Positions 8,976 to 17,725 of a stretch of DNA of 64,000 bases are shown piece by piece. Position 1 is the first letter of the stretch, and each line of letters begins with the position of its first letter. The stretch lies in IMG/VR virus record IMGVR_UViG_3300009703_004110, positions 62,001-126,000 of that record, one strand, 5' to 3'. Under the pieces are notes generated by a model that had not been told where the DNA came from, searched no databases, and worked only from the letters and a program-made list of their open reading frames with translations. The translations under genes were made by a program, and so were the position numbers.

Positions 8976-9710
8976 CTAAGTACTTTGACGGTCAAAAAAT
9001 TCTCTCAAATAGGTCTTCTGAATCTTTCTAAACTCTTTTCTTTTCTTGCTTCGTCCTTTGCCAGCCCAAATTTTACTTTCTGCGCTGTAGTTCCAGTCAA
9101 TGTATTTTTTAGATAGATTAAAAAAGACTATATCCTCTCTAAGCTTAAAATATTCATAAGTCTTATTAAGAGCCTTCTGATCTGAGTACCAATTTAAAAT
9201 ATTTTCCTCTCTGATTCTTTTACAGTATTCATCCAAGAATTCTAAAGTAACCGGCCTGTTATTTAAGAAGATTATTCCGCTCAAAATATTTCCTATATCT
9301 CTCTCTTTTGGTCTGAAATGAAACATAATATGACATTTATCTTGCAGATCGAATGCACCATCTATATTATCTATTAGAACGGAATCTGCATCTATATATA
9401 CCAGATTATCGAGCTTATCTACAGTCAATAACTCTCGTATGACCTCTCCTCTAATATTTGCACTATAACAGATTACCTCACTTTTTCCCGCCCACTTAAC
9501 CGGGTCTGTGCTGAGGCTCCAGTCGTTCCTCTCTCTTACCACTACCGGCATATTTCCTACTTGCAAGGTTATCTCGTCTATAAATTCTTTTGAAGCATTA
9601 ATTAAATACAAATATATATTGACATCGGCTTGATGCTTTAAAAGTGAAGCTATAAGCGCCCTTCCGTAATTACCATAAGACTCTGTAATTATAATTAAAA
9701 TATTCTTCAC
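8976..9710 (-). CDS. GT-A fold glycosyltransferase (GT8/GT77-like)
   Basis: LVYIDADS, LSGIIF, WYSDQKAL, YIDW...IWAGKG. Confidence 0.7.
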   Translation of the reverse strand: MKNILIIITESYGNYGRALIASLLKHQADVNIYLYLINASKEFIDEITLQVGNMPVVVRERNDWSLSTDPVKWAGKSEVICYSANIRGEVIRELLTVDKLDNLVYIDADSVLIDNIDGAFDLQDKCHIMFHFRPKERDIGNILSGIIFLNNRPVTLEFLDEYCKRIREENILNWYSDQKALNKTYEYFKLREDIVFFNLSKKYIDWNYSAESKIWAGKGRSKKRKEFRKIQKTYLREFFDRQST

Positions 9711-11374
9711 AGCACTTCCGCTAAATGCCTCCAGGCACGTCCTCGACTAATCTCCTTCAAAGTCCATTGCGAATAGGCCATGCCGGCCGTCCACTTCTTT
9801 AAATTCGGATATGCTGGATAATTAATGCTTCGAATATTATGAACTGATGCAGAGTATGCTATACTTTTATTGCTAATCATGAATACTGGGACACCAGCAA
9901 CTAAAGAATCTACGGCTATTTCGGAGCCGTAAGTTACGACGGCATAAGCATTTTCTAAGTCTTTTGTAAGACTGTGATATGACCATCTCATATTATGCGG
10001 AATTGTATCTTTAAATAATTCTTTATCAGAAAAGCCTGGGGCTGGCCTGAATACTATCTCCATTCTAGTATTCTTTTTTAGAATACGTATAGTTGCTTTA
10101 AGCCAAGATAAATAATTATTTATGGCCACATTTTGATCTTCTATATTTTCGTGAAGATCTGTCATATTATAATCCCATGGAATATCACCACATAATAAAA
10201 TATATTTTCCACTTTTACACCATGGTTCTAGTCTTACATTTAATTGTATACGCCTATCTCCAGCTGGTTTTCTAATATTAAAATTATCTACTCCGTTTGG
10301 GTTATACCAACCAGCAGAATGATAAGAATTATTTTTATGAAAGCCTTTATCAAAGATAAGTGTTTTTCCATTATAAAGCTGTTGAGAGTCGCAAATAAAT
10401 TTCTTTGATCTTCCTGCCTTGGTTGTTATATTTGGATGACCATATATAACGGCTATTTTAGATGGGCGATATTCTGACTCGCTCGCTATTGCGACCTCTT
10501 GTCCGTGCCTTTCTATACCACTTTTTGCCGCATTTAAAACATCTATTGATGATGCCGTTCTTTTGCGTTTTGCCACAGCAGTACTTTCGTGATACACGAT
10601 TATTTTAGATGTTAATAATTTGTTTTTCTCTGGGCTGATAAATAACATATCGAATGCGTTTCGATAACTTTCTTGAGCGATTACAAAAGGACCCTTTTTC
10701 TTGCTTCTGCCTTTGCCAACCCATAAGCATGACTTATGGCTGTACTTCCAGTCTATATATGTTTTACTTATATTTCCATAACTTTCTGGATAGTTATGAT
10801 ATAAATAAGATAGAGACATTTGATCTGCAAACCAAGTTAATATTCCATTGTCATTAACTTTGTCATTATATAAGTTTACAAAATCTCTTGCTTCTTGATT
10901 ATTAACATAAAACATTATGCCGCTTAAAACCTTGATTAGACCATCTTTAGGCCTAGCGTGAAATGACACATTGTACTTTTTATATCTTTCAAATAGGCCT
11001 TCTATGCTTTTTGTTATTATAGAATCTGCGTCTATATACAATAAAGAGTCAATATCTTCTGTCTCAAGCAGCTCTTTGATTATGCTAACTCGAACATTCG
11101 CACTAAAGGCCATAAGCTCGCTATATATCAAGCCACCAGCTCTTTTATCTAGTTCGTCACTTAACTCTGGACGATCTATGTTTCTGATGTTAATGGGGTA
11201 TCCAGAAGTTTTATATTTCAACTCTTCTGTAACATCTTTAGGTGTGTTAATAAGATATAAATATATATTAAGTCCCTTTTCATGAATGAAAAAAGAAGCT
11301 AATAATGCCTTAGTGTAGTCTAAATAAGATTCTGATGAAACAATTAGAATGTTTTTTTTTATCTCACTCTCCAT
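9707..11374 (-). CDS. Fusion of GT-A glycosyltransferase and KpsS/KpsC-like domain (paralogue 5)
   Basis: N-half aligns by eye with 8976-9710 (NIYLYLIN, SAN.R, YIDADS, YIDW, GKGRSKK); C-half aligns with 8072-8965 (EYRPS.IA..YG, GK.IL.CG..PWD, FRP.P, G(I/V)PVF). Start revised to ATG 11374. Confidence 0.7.
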   Translation of the reverse strand: MESEIKKNILIVSSESYLDYTKALLASFFIHEKGLNIYLYLINTPKDVTEELKYKTSGYPINIRNIDRPELSDELDKRAGGLIYSELMAFSANVRVSIIKELLETEDIDSLLYIDADSIITKSIEGLFERYKKYNVSFHARPKDGLIKVLSGIMFYVNNQEARDFVNLYNDKVNDNGILTWFADQMSLSYLYHNYPESYGNISKTYIDWKYSHKSCLWVGKGRSKKKGPFVIAQESYRNAFDMLFISPEKNKLLTSKIIVYHESTAVAKRKRTASSIDVLNAAKSGIERHGQEVAIASESEYRPSKIAVIYGHPNITTKAGRSKKFICDSQQLYNGKTLIFDKGFHKNNSYHSAGWYNPNGVDNFNIRKPAGDRRIQLNVRLEPWCKSGKYILLCGDIPWDYNMTDLHENIEDQNVAINNYLSWLKATIRILKKNTRMEIVFRPAPGFSDKELFKDTIPHNMRWSYHSLTKDLENAYAVVTYGSEIAVDSLVAGVPVFMISNKSIAYSASVHNIRSINYPAYPNLKKWTAGMAYSQWTLKEISRGRAWRHLAEVL

Positions 11375-12167
11375 AGCCAAACTCACGCAGTCTGAGCCAT
11401 TCATCACCGTACTTCCAGTCTATTCCTCGTTTTGGTTCCCATATATCAAACCAAGGACCACCATTAGTGAAGTGAACGTTCTTAGCTTCTAAGCTTTCGG
11501 GAGAATGGCCTGGTAACCAATTCCACTCCTCTGGCAATTCACCTATATCTTTATCCTCTAGCCACTTCAGATTATGTAACCAAGTTCCTGGCTTAGTGCT
11601 AACATCAGCCGCTGTTAAATTGTGATGAGCCTGATGGCCGCAATTCCAGAGCATAACACTGGACCAGTTTTTTCTACTATAAAATGTTTGTGGGCATCCG
11701 TAGAGCTTGACAGCAACTTTGCCACCATCCTCAAACTGATGCTTAACACACTGTAAAGCTGGCGCGTCTGCAGTAGCGTAGCGATCAAATATCTCACACG
11801 GGTCGCTGCGAAAATACATATCGTTATCCATAAACAAAGCAAACCCTTCGTGCTGGTTTAAAAAAGGAACTAAAAATCTTGAAAAACTGAACTCTGTCGA
11901 ATACGGCTTACCATCGAACCTGTCTACCATATGGTCTACTTTATTTTGCCCCCATACAGTGGATTCTACATGCGGAACCCTAAAATATAATCCACTTCTT
12001 CTTAAGCTTGTCTGATTTAAGGTCACAATATTAAGCGGCCTAGAGGCGTGTCTTAGGATTGAGTCTGTTAAAACTTCAGAGGCATGATGATCTCTTGGGT
12101 CATAACCGATGTATATTGTATCTAGCTTTCTAACTTCTTTATCATTCTGATTAATGACTTTTCTCAT
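11364..12167 (-). CDS. GT8-like glycosyltransferase
   Basis: IYIGYDPRD, STEFSFSRFLVP, ALFMDNDMYF, RKNWSSVMLWNCGH, WNWL, HFTNGGPW. Confidence 0.75.
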   Translation of the reverse strand: MRKVINQNDKEVRKLDTIYIGYDPRDHHASEVLTDSILRHASRPLNIVTLNQTSLRRSGLYFRVPHVESTVWGQNKVDHMVDRFDGKPYSTEFSFSRFLVPFLNQHEGFALFMDNDMYFRSDPCEIFDRYATADAPALQCVKHQFEDGGKVAVKLYGCPQTFYSRKNWSSVMLWNCGHQAHHNLTAADVSTKPGTWLHNLKWLEDKDIGELPEEWNWLPGHSPESLEAKNVHFTNGGPWFDIWEPKRGIDWKYGDEWLRLREFGYGE

Positions 12168-12954
12168 CAGCAATTCTCCTTACTATAGACTCTATAATTT
12201 CGAGTGTTTGCGCGGGATCACGAGTTTTATATGCAAAGCCCGTAGGTTTAATAGCGTCATATAAAGCAGCATCATTACCAAATTCTTCGCATCTATCACC
12301 TACGAACCATATTTTTTCATAGTCATCGAAATGCTTTAGAACATATGTTTTATCCCAGCCTGACGGATAAATATCAAACGAGGTATTTCCACCTAGTACC
12401 GCCGTTACTCTGCTATCTATCCTTTTAAGCCTTCTATTTAACCTTCCCAAAAAACGAACTCTAAGGCCGGTCTCTTGATCTAATTCTCTAAACTGTTCTC
12501 GTTGATCTGTATTAGCATTTCTACCGATCGGGCACCAATTTATCATTGAGCCTCTAAGCTCTAAAAAATTACCCGTTAAGGGGATTAAAAGCCCTTTCTC
12601 TTTGACAAGACATTTTTGTAAGTCAAAAATAATGGCCATTATTCCGGCCATTACTTCAGCACCTAAATGCTCTTCCATATTATTGAAATAAATCTCTTCA
12701 TAGTCGTCGATCTTATCTTTATGCTTATAAACCTTTGTGCCATTACATGGTAAAATTATAATTCTATTTAAAAGCATATCTTCAAATACTTGCGGCATTT
12801 GCTCTTGCAAGTAATTATAATCGCTTCCTGAAACTACTCCCACTTCTGCGACCCAAAGCAACTCCATTAATGCTTTAGCTATTTCATCTCCCATTTGGCC
12901 GCGCGCAGGTGTTAATGTGCCGTCCATGTCGAACAGCACCAGATGATCGGACAT
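12151..12954 (-). CDS. Phosphomannomutase, eukaryote-type HAD family (PMM2/Sec53-like)
   Basis: LFDMDGTLTPAR, VSGSD, ELRGSMINWCPIGRNA, GGNTSFDIYP.GWDKTY.L, FVGD....GND..LY. GGAG SD before ATG 12954. Confidence 0.9.
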   Translation of the reverse strand: MSDHLVLFDMDGTLTPARGQMGDEIAKALMELLWVAEVGVVSGSDYNYLQEQMPQVFEDMLLNRIIILPCNGTKVYKHKDKIDDYEEIYFNNMEEHLGAEVMAGIMAIIFDLQKCLVKEKGLLIPLTGNFLELRGSMINWCPIGRNANTDQREQFRELDQETGLRVRFLGRLNRRLKRIDSRVTAVLGGNTSFDIYPSGWDKTYVLKHFDDYEKIWFVGDRCEEFGNDAALYDAIKPTGFAYKTRDPAQTLEIIESIVRRIADEKSH

Positions 12955-12955
12955 C

Positions 12956-13426
12956 TTAACTCCTAGATTTAGCAACCAGTTCACTACTGCTCTGAACCTT
13001 TCCACCGCCAACATTCCACAACATGTAGATGCCAAGTTCATTACAGACCTTTACTTCTGGTACGTTATCAGATTTTCTGTCGCCACCATTGGCAAAGAAA
13101 TCTGGACATAGTCTTCTTAGTGCTTCACAAACTGAACCATCCGAGTCATCCACATGGCTCACATGCACTACGCCTCTTATCGCAGATAATATTTCTGCTC
13201 TCTCCTCAAAAGACATAAATACATAACCTTTCTTTCTCATTAGCCACTCATCACTGTTGGCCACAACAATAACTTCCTTGCCACCCTTAGCGGCATCTAA
13301 AATCATTTGAACGTGGCCAACGTGTATTGGGTCAAATCCACCGGAAACAACTACCGAACTCTGTTCGTACCCGTCATAAGTCTTTTTGGTTTCCCAACTT
13401 CCATCATCATTTAACGGCATCATCAT
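12956..13426 (-). CDS. HxGH-family cytidylyl/adenylyltransferase (TagD / RfaE domain II-like)
   Basis: VVVSGGFDPIHVGH, VVANSDEWL.RKKG, FANGGDR, GGGKVQSSS. Confidence 0.8.
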   Translation of the reverse strand: MMMPLNDDGSWETKKTYDGYEQSSVVVSGGFDPIHVGHVQMILDAAKGGKEVIVVANSDEWLMRKKGYVFMSFEERAEILSAIRGVVHVSHVDDSDGSVCEALRRLCPDFFANGGDRKSDNVPEVKVCNELGIYMLWNVGGGKVQSSSELVAKSRS

Positions 13427-14000
13427 CTCCTCTGGCTACTTGCCCTAAGTATCCACCATGATGTCTCTTAGCGTACTCCTCTTTCGTAAATTTTTTCTTT
13501 TCCATCACGACCATAGCTAGTACGTCGCCAATAACTAACATCACTGTTGTTGAGCATGTTGGGGCCATGCCTAGTGGGCATACCTCCGGGTATCCTCCGG
13601 TTTCAATCACTACATCAGATTGTACTGCCAGCGGCGCATCTTTATTAGCAGTGACTGTGATTAGCTTTAAATCACACAGTTGCTTTGCCAAATAAGTAGA
13701 CTCAATAATCTCTCGTGTCTTGCCAGAGTTAGAAAAAGCAATCATTAGATCGCCCTCTGCTACCATTCCAAGATCACCATGTTGAGCTTCGCACGGATGA
13801 AGATAAAAGGCAGGCGTCCCTGTTGACGCGAAAGTAGCGGACACTTTTCTAGCTATTAGCCCCGCCTTCCCCATTCCTATAAAGACAAGCTTGCCTTTAC
13901 ACTTTAGTATCTCCTCTACTGCTTCATCAATTCCGGTCAAAGGAATGGCTTTAATTGCATTAACCTCTTCCTTCAGCACCTCTTTAGCTGTTCTTCGCAT
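13407..14000 (-). CDS. kdsD: Arabinose-5-phosphate isomerase, SIS domain only (no CBS pair)
   Basis: FIGMGKAGLIARKVSATFASTGTPAFYLHPCEAQHGDLG; SNSGKT.E; APT.STT; HHGGYLG; ends at 197 aa. Confidence 0.85.
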   Translation of the reverse strand: MRRTAKEVLKEEVNAIKAIPLTGIDEAVEEILKCKGKLVFIGMGKAGLIARKVSATFASTGTPAFYLHPCEAQHGDLGMVAEGDLMIAFSNSGKTREIIESTYLAKQLCDLKLITVTANKDAPLAVQSDVVIETGGYPEVCPLGMAPTCSTTVMLVIGDVLAMVVMEKKKFTKEEYAKRHHGGYLGQVARGDDDAVK

Positions 14001-14748
14001 CTATCATACCTCGCATTATTGCTCTTGCTTTATCTAAGTCTTTCTGTGTGTCAACTGAAAATTTCTCAGAATCATTACAGTTGGTTGTTCTTATAGTAAT
14101 CTTATTAAATAGCCAAGTAAGCTGCTCTAATTTTTCAGTTTCTTCTAGATATGACATTGGTAAATTTTTAATGATATCTAAAGTAGGACGTGTAAAGCCA
14201 TATGTGCCTACATGTTGGGCATACGGATTATATAGTACCCGATCTCGGCAATGCGGTATTGGACTTCTGCTAAAATATATTGCATCATTATTCTTATCTA
14301 GAACTACTTTAGCTATAGTATCATCGTTTATAGCGTTTTCTGATAGCTCTGTTACAAGAGTAGTGACGGCTATTTCTTTTGGGTCTAAAGATCGCAAGAA
14401 GTCTACTGAATCTTGTACAATTTTTAATGATATTAGAGGCTGGTCTCCTTGGATGTTCAAAAAGTAATCATATCCTGGGTATAATTCCGCCACTTCTGCG
14501 ACCCGTAAAGTGCCGGATATATGATCATGACTTGTCATTACTACAGTTCCACCAAATCCCTCTACTGCTTTAAAAATTCTGATATCATCGGTTGCAACCA
14601 TAGTCGTTGGCAGAATTTTAATTACTCGCTCATAAACCCATTGTATCATAGGCCTGCCACAAATATCCGCCAGAGGCTTCCCTGGCAGCCTGCTAGAATC
14701 ATATCTAGCAGGAATTACTCCAAGCACATTTGCTGACATATTACTCAT
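13984..14748 (-). CDS. kdsB: CMP-Kdo synthetase (3-deoxy-manno-octulosonate cytidylyltransferase)
   Basis: IPARYDSSRLPGKPLADI.G.PMIQWV, SGT.RVAEV, NIQGDQP, YFSRSPIP, H.G.Y, E.LEQL.WL, SVDT..DL. Confidence 0.92.
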   Translation of the reverse strand: MSNMSANVLGVIPARYDSSRLPGKPLADICGRPMIQWVYERVIKILPTTMVATDDIRIFKAVEGFGGTVVMTSHDHISGTLRVAEVAELYPGYDYFLNIQGDQPLISLKIVQDSVDFLRSLDPKEIAVTTLVTELSENAINDDTIAKVVLDKNNDAIYFSRSPIPHCRDRVLYNPYAQHVGTYGFTRPTLDIIKNLPMSYLEETEKLEQLTWLFNKITIRTTNCNDSEKFSVDTQKDLDKARAIMRGMIDAKNS

Positions 14749-15706
14749 CTTCTTCACACATCCAAAATGGGTTCATTCTAAATAGCCCGGTCATTGCGTC
14801 TCTGACAGTTCCGTCCTTCGCAATACCTCTGGCATGGAAGCCCCTTGTGTTAACAATAACCAAAGAATTCCCATCAATAGCCTCTGCGGTTATGGAATTT
14901 CTATAGCCCATTGCCTTGATTTCTTTAGCAGAAGCTCTAAAAGACCCCTCTCTAGTTCCCTTGTTTGATGATTTATATGCATCAATAATTAATTTCTGAG
15001 ACCACGCCAATCTTCCTGGAATACTTCTATGAGATCCTTTAACGTATCTTGTTGGTCCTTGCTCTAAAGTCATTGGGGCTAAATAAAACCAAAATTTAAT
15101 AGTTGGATGGAAAGTATCTTCGTGTATTTGCTTTTGTATATCATTATCTCTATGAACTAAGCGCTCTACTCGCTTGTCATGGAATACGAAGTCGTCTCGT
15201 CCATTGGCCATTCTAACTAGATCAATTAACTCTGGATTATTAAAGAAGCTGAAAAGCTCTTCGTGATGTTTATTTAATCGCAAATATGAGTGCTTCCAGT
15301 TATCAAATCTATCCCTTGGTTGCTCCGCTATTAATCTATAAAATTTCTTTCTAATTCTCTTAAGCTCTTTGCCTTTAATAAAGTCAGGAATTATAACCAT
15401 CCCATCTTCATAAAAGGACCTGATGTAATCATTATGTAGATTGTATGTCATCTCTCGATCATATATAGCTTCCGCCAGGACTACTCTGAAAATATAGAGC
15501 CCCTTTCTATTAAGCTCTTCATCTTTTAAAACTGGAAAGCGTCGAAATTTTTTCTCCTTACTGAAAATCACACTTCTCTCCGCTTCCGGCAGTGAATATA
15601 TAATATCTAGTATTCCAGAGAAATCTTTTTCTCCAAATACTGAGCAAACCTCCTCTTCGTCATATTCATATTCACTAAGAACTCTTTCTATATATTCTCT
15701 CCTCAT
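14741..15706 (-). CDS. Fe(II)/2-oxoglutarate dioxygenase, PhyH-like
   Basis: IHEDTF (HxD), FWFYL, GPTRYVKGSH, distal NTRGFHARG. Confidence 0.75.
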   Translation of the reverse strand: MRREYIERVLSEYEYDEEEVCSVFGEKDFSGILDIIYSLPEAERSVIFSKEKKFRRFPVLKDEELNRKGLYIFRVVLAEAIYDREMTYNLHNDYIRSFYEDGMVIIPDFIKGKELKRIRKKFYRLIAEQPRDRFDNWKHSYLRLNKHHEELFSFFNNPELIDLVRMANGRDDFVFHDKRVERLVHRDNDIQKQIHEDTFHPTIKFWFYLAPMTLEQGPTRYVKGSHRSIPGRLAWSQKLIIDAYKSSNKGTREGSFRASAKEIKAMGYRNSITAEAIDGNSLVIVNTRGFHARGIAKDGTVRDAMTGLFRMNPFWMCEEDE

Positions 15707-15712
15707 AAAACC

Positions 15713-16501
15713 TCACAAAATTTCTATATTTTTATTACATTCAGACAGCCACCACGCCACTTCTGTAAAGGTGCTCATATACGTACCTAATATAGTCTTG
15801 CCCTTTGCCAATAAGTATAGGTCAATAATGTCATCTTCAATAGTTCTATCTTCTGAGTTGGAGTAGACTATTATTCTATCTCCAAAAACTTCTTCTAGTC
15901 GCCTTATATGACTTAATGAATCTGAGGCCACAAAGAATGTAACGCTCGAATCAAACTGCTTCATTCTTGAAATAAATTTATTGATATCAAAGTTTTTTCT
16001 TCTTGAGCTTCCGGCTATATCATACCACGTTCTCATATGTACTGAGATGGTCTCTTTATCAAAGCGCCGCTTATAGAATTTGATTATCTTTCTTTGATAT
16101 CTTCTTTTTAATTTTATTTGTTTAAAAATATCAATATAGACATCTTGAACTGATTTCGGTATCCTGTTGTATTCTAGATCAATATTTCTTCCGCTCTTAT
16201 TTCCTTTTTTATCTGAGAACTTTGAAAATCCGACTGGCAAATCATCATCATCCATAATAGCCAGCCTCCATGAGTCATAAAATTTAGATCTCTTCGGAAA
16301 CGGCTCTGTAACCTCAATGTCATTTTCAAAAAAGTCTGAAAATCTACTTTCTGGCCTATGAGGTGTTCTGCCGTTCTTGTCAATATAGATATTGATGATT
16401 GGTCTCCAAAAAATACCATGACTTTTCGGCTCCAATCTCATACATGAAGCTAGGGCCTTTAATCTGTTCGCAATACCTGCATCTTCTGACGCTATTATCA
16501 T
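15713..16501 (-). CDS. NodZ/GT23/O-fucosyltransferase-like glycosyltransferase
   Basis: GIANRL, SVHMRT, FFVASDS, IDLYLLAK...GTYMSTF. Start revised to ATG 16501. Confidence 0.65.
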   Translation of the reverse strand: MIIASEDAGIANRLKALASCMRLEPKSHGIFWRPIINIYIDKNGRTPHRPESRFSDFFENDIEVTEPFPKRSKFYDSWRLAIMDDDDLPVGFSKFSDKKGNKSGRNIDLEYNRIPKSVQDVYIDIFKQIKLKRRYQRKIIKFYKRRFDKETISVHMRTWYDIAGSSRRKNFDINKFISRMKQFDSSVTFFVASDSLSHIRRLEEVFGDRIIVYSNSEDRTIEDDIIDLYLLAKGKTILGTYMSTFTEVAWWLSECNKNIEIL

Positions 16502-16502
16502 T

Positions 16503-17162
16503 TTACACCTGAAAAATTTTATAACTTGAGATATCTTTATACTTGTATGAACCACCACAGTCCTCGTTAACCTCTGGTAACGAATCCAAAAGAACGATGC
16601 CTCGTGCGGCCTGCTCTGGCGGCATATACATGTTCCAACCGAGGACTGTTAGCTCTTCCATACTATCATGCGGTATTCTTTCGTCTCTTCCTTCGTATCT
16701 GGCTTGTTTGAACCACTTCACAGCATCAGCATCATCGGTCAAAATCATCCCGCCCTTTGTTATTGGTAGAATTTTCTTAATATGAAAAGATAGGCATTGA
16801 TATGTGCCTGGGATGTACATTCCTTTAGTAAACCTTGTTGCCGAATCAATAATTGGATATGGGTTTAGTTGATATAAGCCCCACCATTCTAAATCTGTAA
16901 ACTTTGGCTTGCAGCCGGTATGAATGATTACCCCTGGAACAGAAACGTATGTCTTACCCGGCACCTCTATTTCTCCAGATGCACCAAGATATTTCATTGA
17001 TAAAAATAGGGCGTTAGTGCAACTATCGACTGATACTGCATATTTGCTTCCGGCATATGCCGCTACTTTCTGTTCAAAGATATCAACTATATCCCAAGGA
17101 TCATTAACTTCATAGCCTTCTTTGAGCAAAATTTCTTTTGCTACTTCTAAATCAGAATACAT
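16503..17162 (-). CDS. Short (219 aa) DegT/DnrJ/EryC1/StrS-family PLP enzyme
   Basis: FEQKVAAYAGSKYAVSVDSCTNALFL, IIDSA, SFHIKKILPITKGGMIL, GWNMYM; lacks the usual C-terminal domain. Confidence 0.75.
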   Translation of the reverse strand: MYSDLEVAKEILLKEGYEVNDPWDIVDIFEQKVAAYAGSKYAVSVDSCTNALFLSMKYLGASGEIEVPGKTYVSVPGVIIHTGCKPKFTDLEWWGLYQLNPYPIIDSATRFTKGMYIPGTYQCLSFHIKKILPITKGGMILTDDADAVKWFKQARYEGRDERIPHDSMEELTVLGWNMYMPPEQAARGIVLLDSLPEVNEDCGGSYKYKDISSYKIFQV

Positions 17163-17725
17163 TATAACTTCTCCGAAAACATATGACCTTCAATCGTGGT
17201 AAATTCTAATATATCGAGTGGAAATACTTTAGGATCCAAATCCTTAAAGAGTGTATTTTTGAAGCCCATACTTTTCATATAATCCTCTGATTTAAATTTT
17301 GCTCTATTGAAATTATTTCTGCTCAACATGACGCCGCCCTTGATCATATTTCTAGCTGCCCACTTTTGTACATGTATTTTTAAGTCAGGAGTTGTTGGAA
17401 AACTTCCCATATCGTTGTGACAAAACGCAATAGGAAGGTCGTCTTCATCACTCAGTAGGTTACAGTCTTTTGTAATTACTCGGTCGTGCTCCATTGGATT
17501 AAATAAGTCGTATCCTATGCACCTTTCTCTTCCATACATTTCGCATAAAAGGTCTAATGACACGCATCTATTGCTTCCAAGCAAAACTATATACCCGGCA
17601 TCTGGTATTTCCAATTTCGAGACCAGCCTGTCTATTATCTTATAACCGTAATATTCTTTGCCATAATTACCTACTACGGCATGCTCCTCTGGAGAATCAA
17701 ACCAATACTTATATTCTTTATTCAT
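17162..17725 (-). CDS. Hypothetical protein, possibly methyltransferase-like
   Basis: IVLLGSNR...CIGYDL weakly resembles SAM motif I/II; the coupled ORF boundaries support a real gene. Confidence 0.4.
   Translation of the reverse strand: MNKEYKYWFDSPEEHAVVGNYGKEYYGYKIIDRLVSKLEIPDAGYIVLLGSNRCVSLDLLCEMYGRERCIGYDLFNPMEHDRVITKDCNLLSDEDDLPIAFCHNDMGSFPTTPDLKIHVQKWAARNMIKGGVMLSRNNFNRAKFKSEDYMKSMGFKNTLFKDLDPKVFPLDILEFTTIEGHMFSEKL

Noticed and set aside
11352-11360. T9 homopolymer near the start of the fusion GT as a phase-variation tract
   Set aside because: It is in frame (Lys-Lys-Asn) and such runs are common in this AT-rich sequence; needs read-level evidence.
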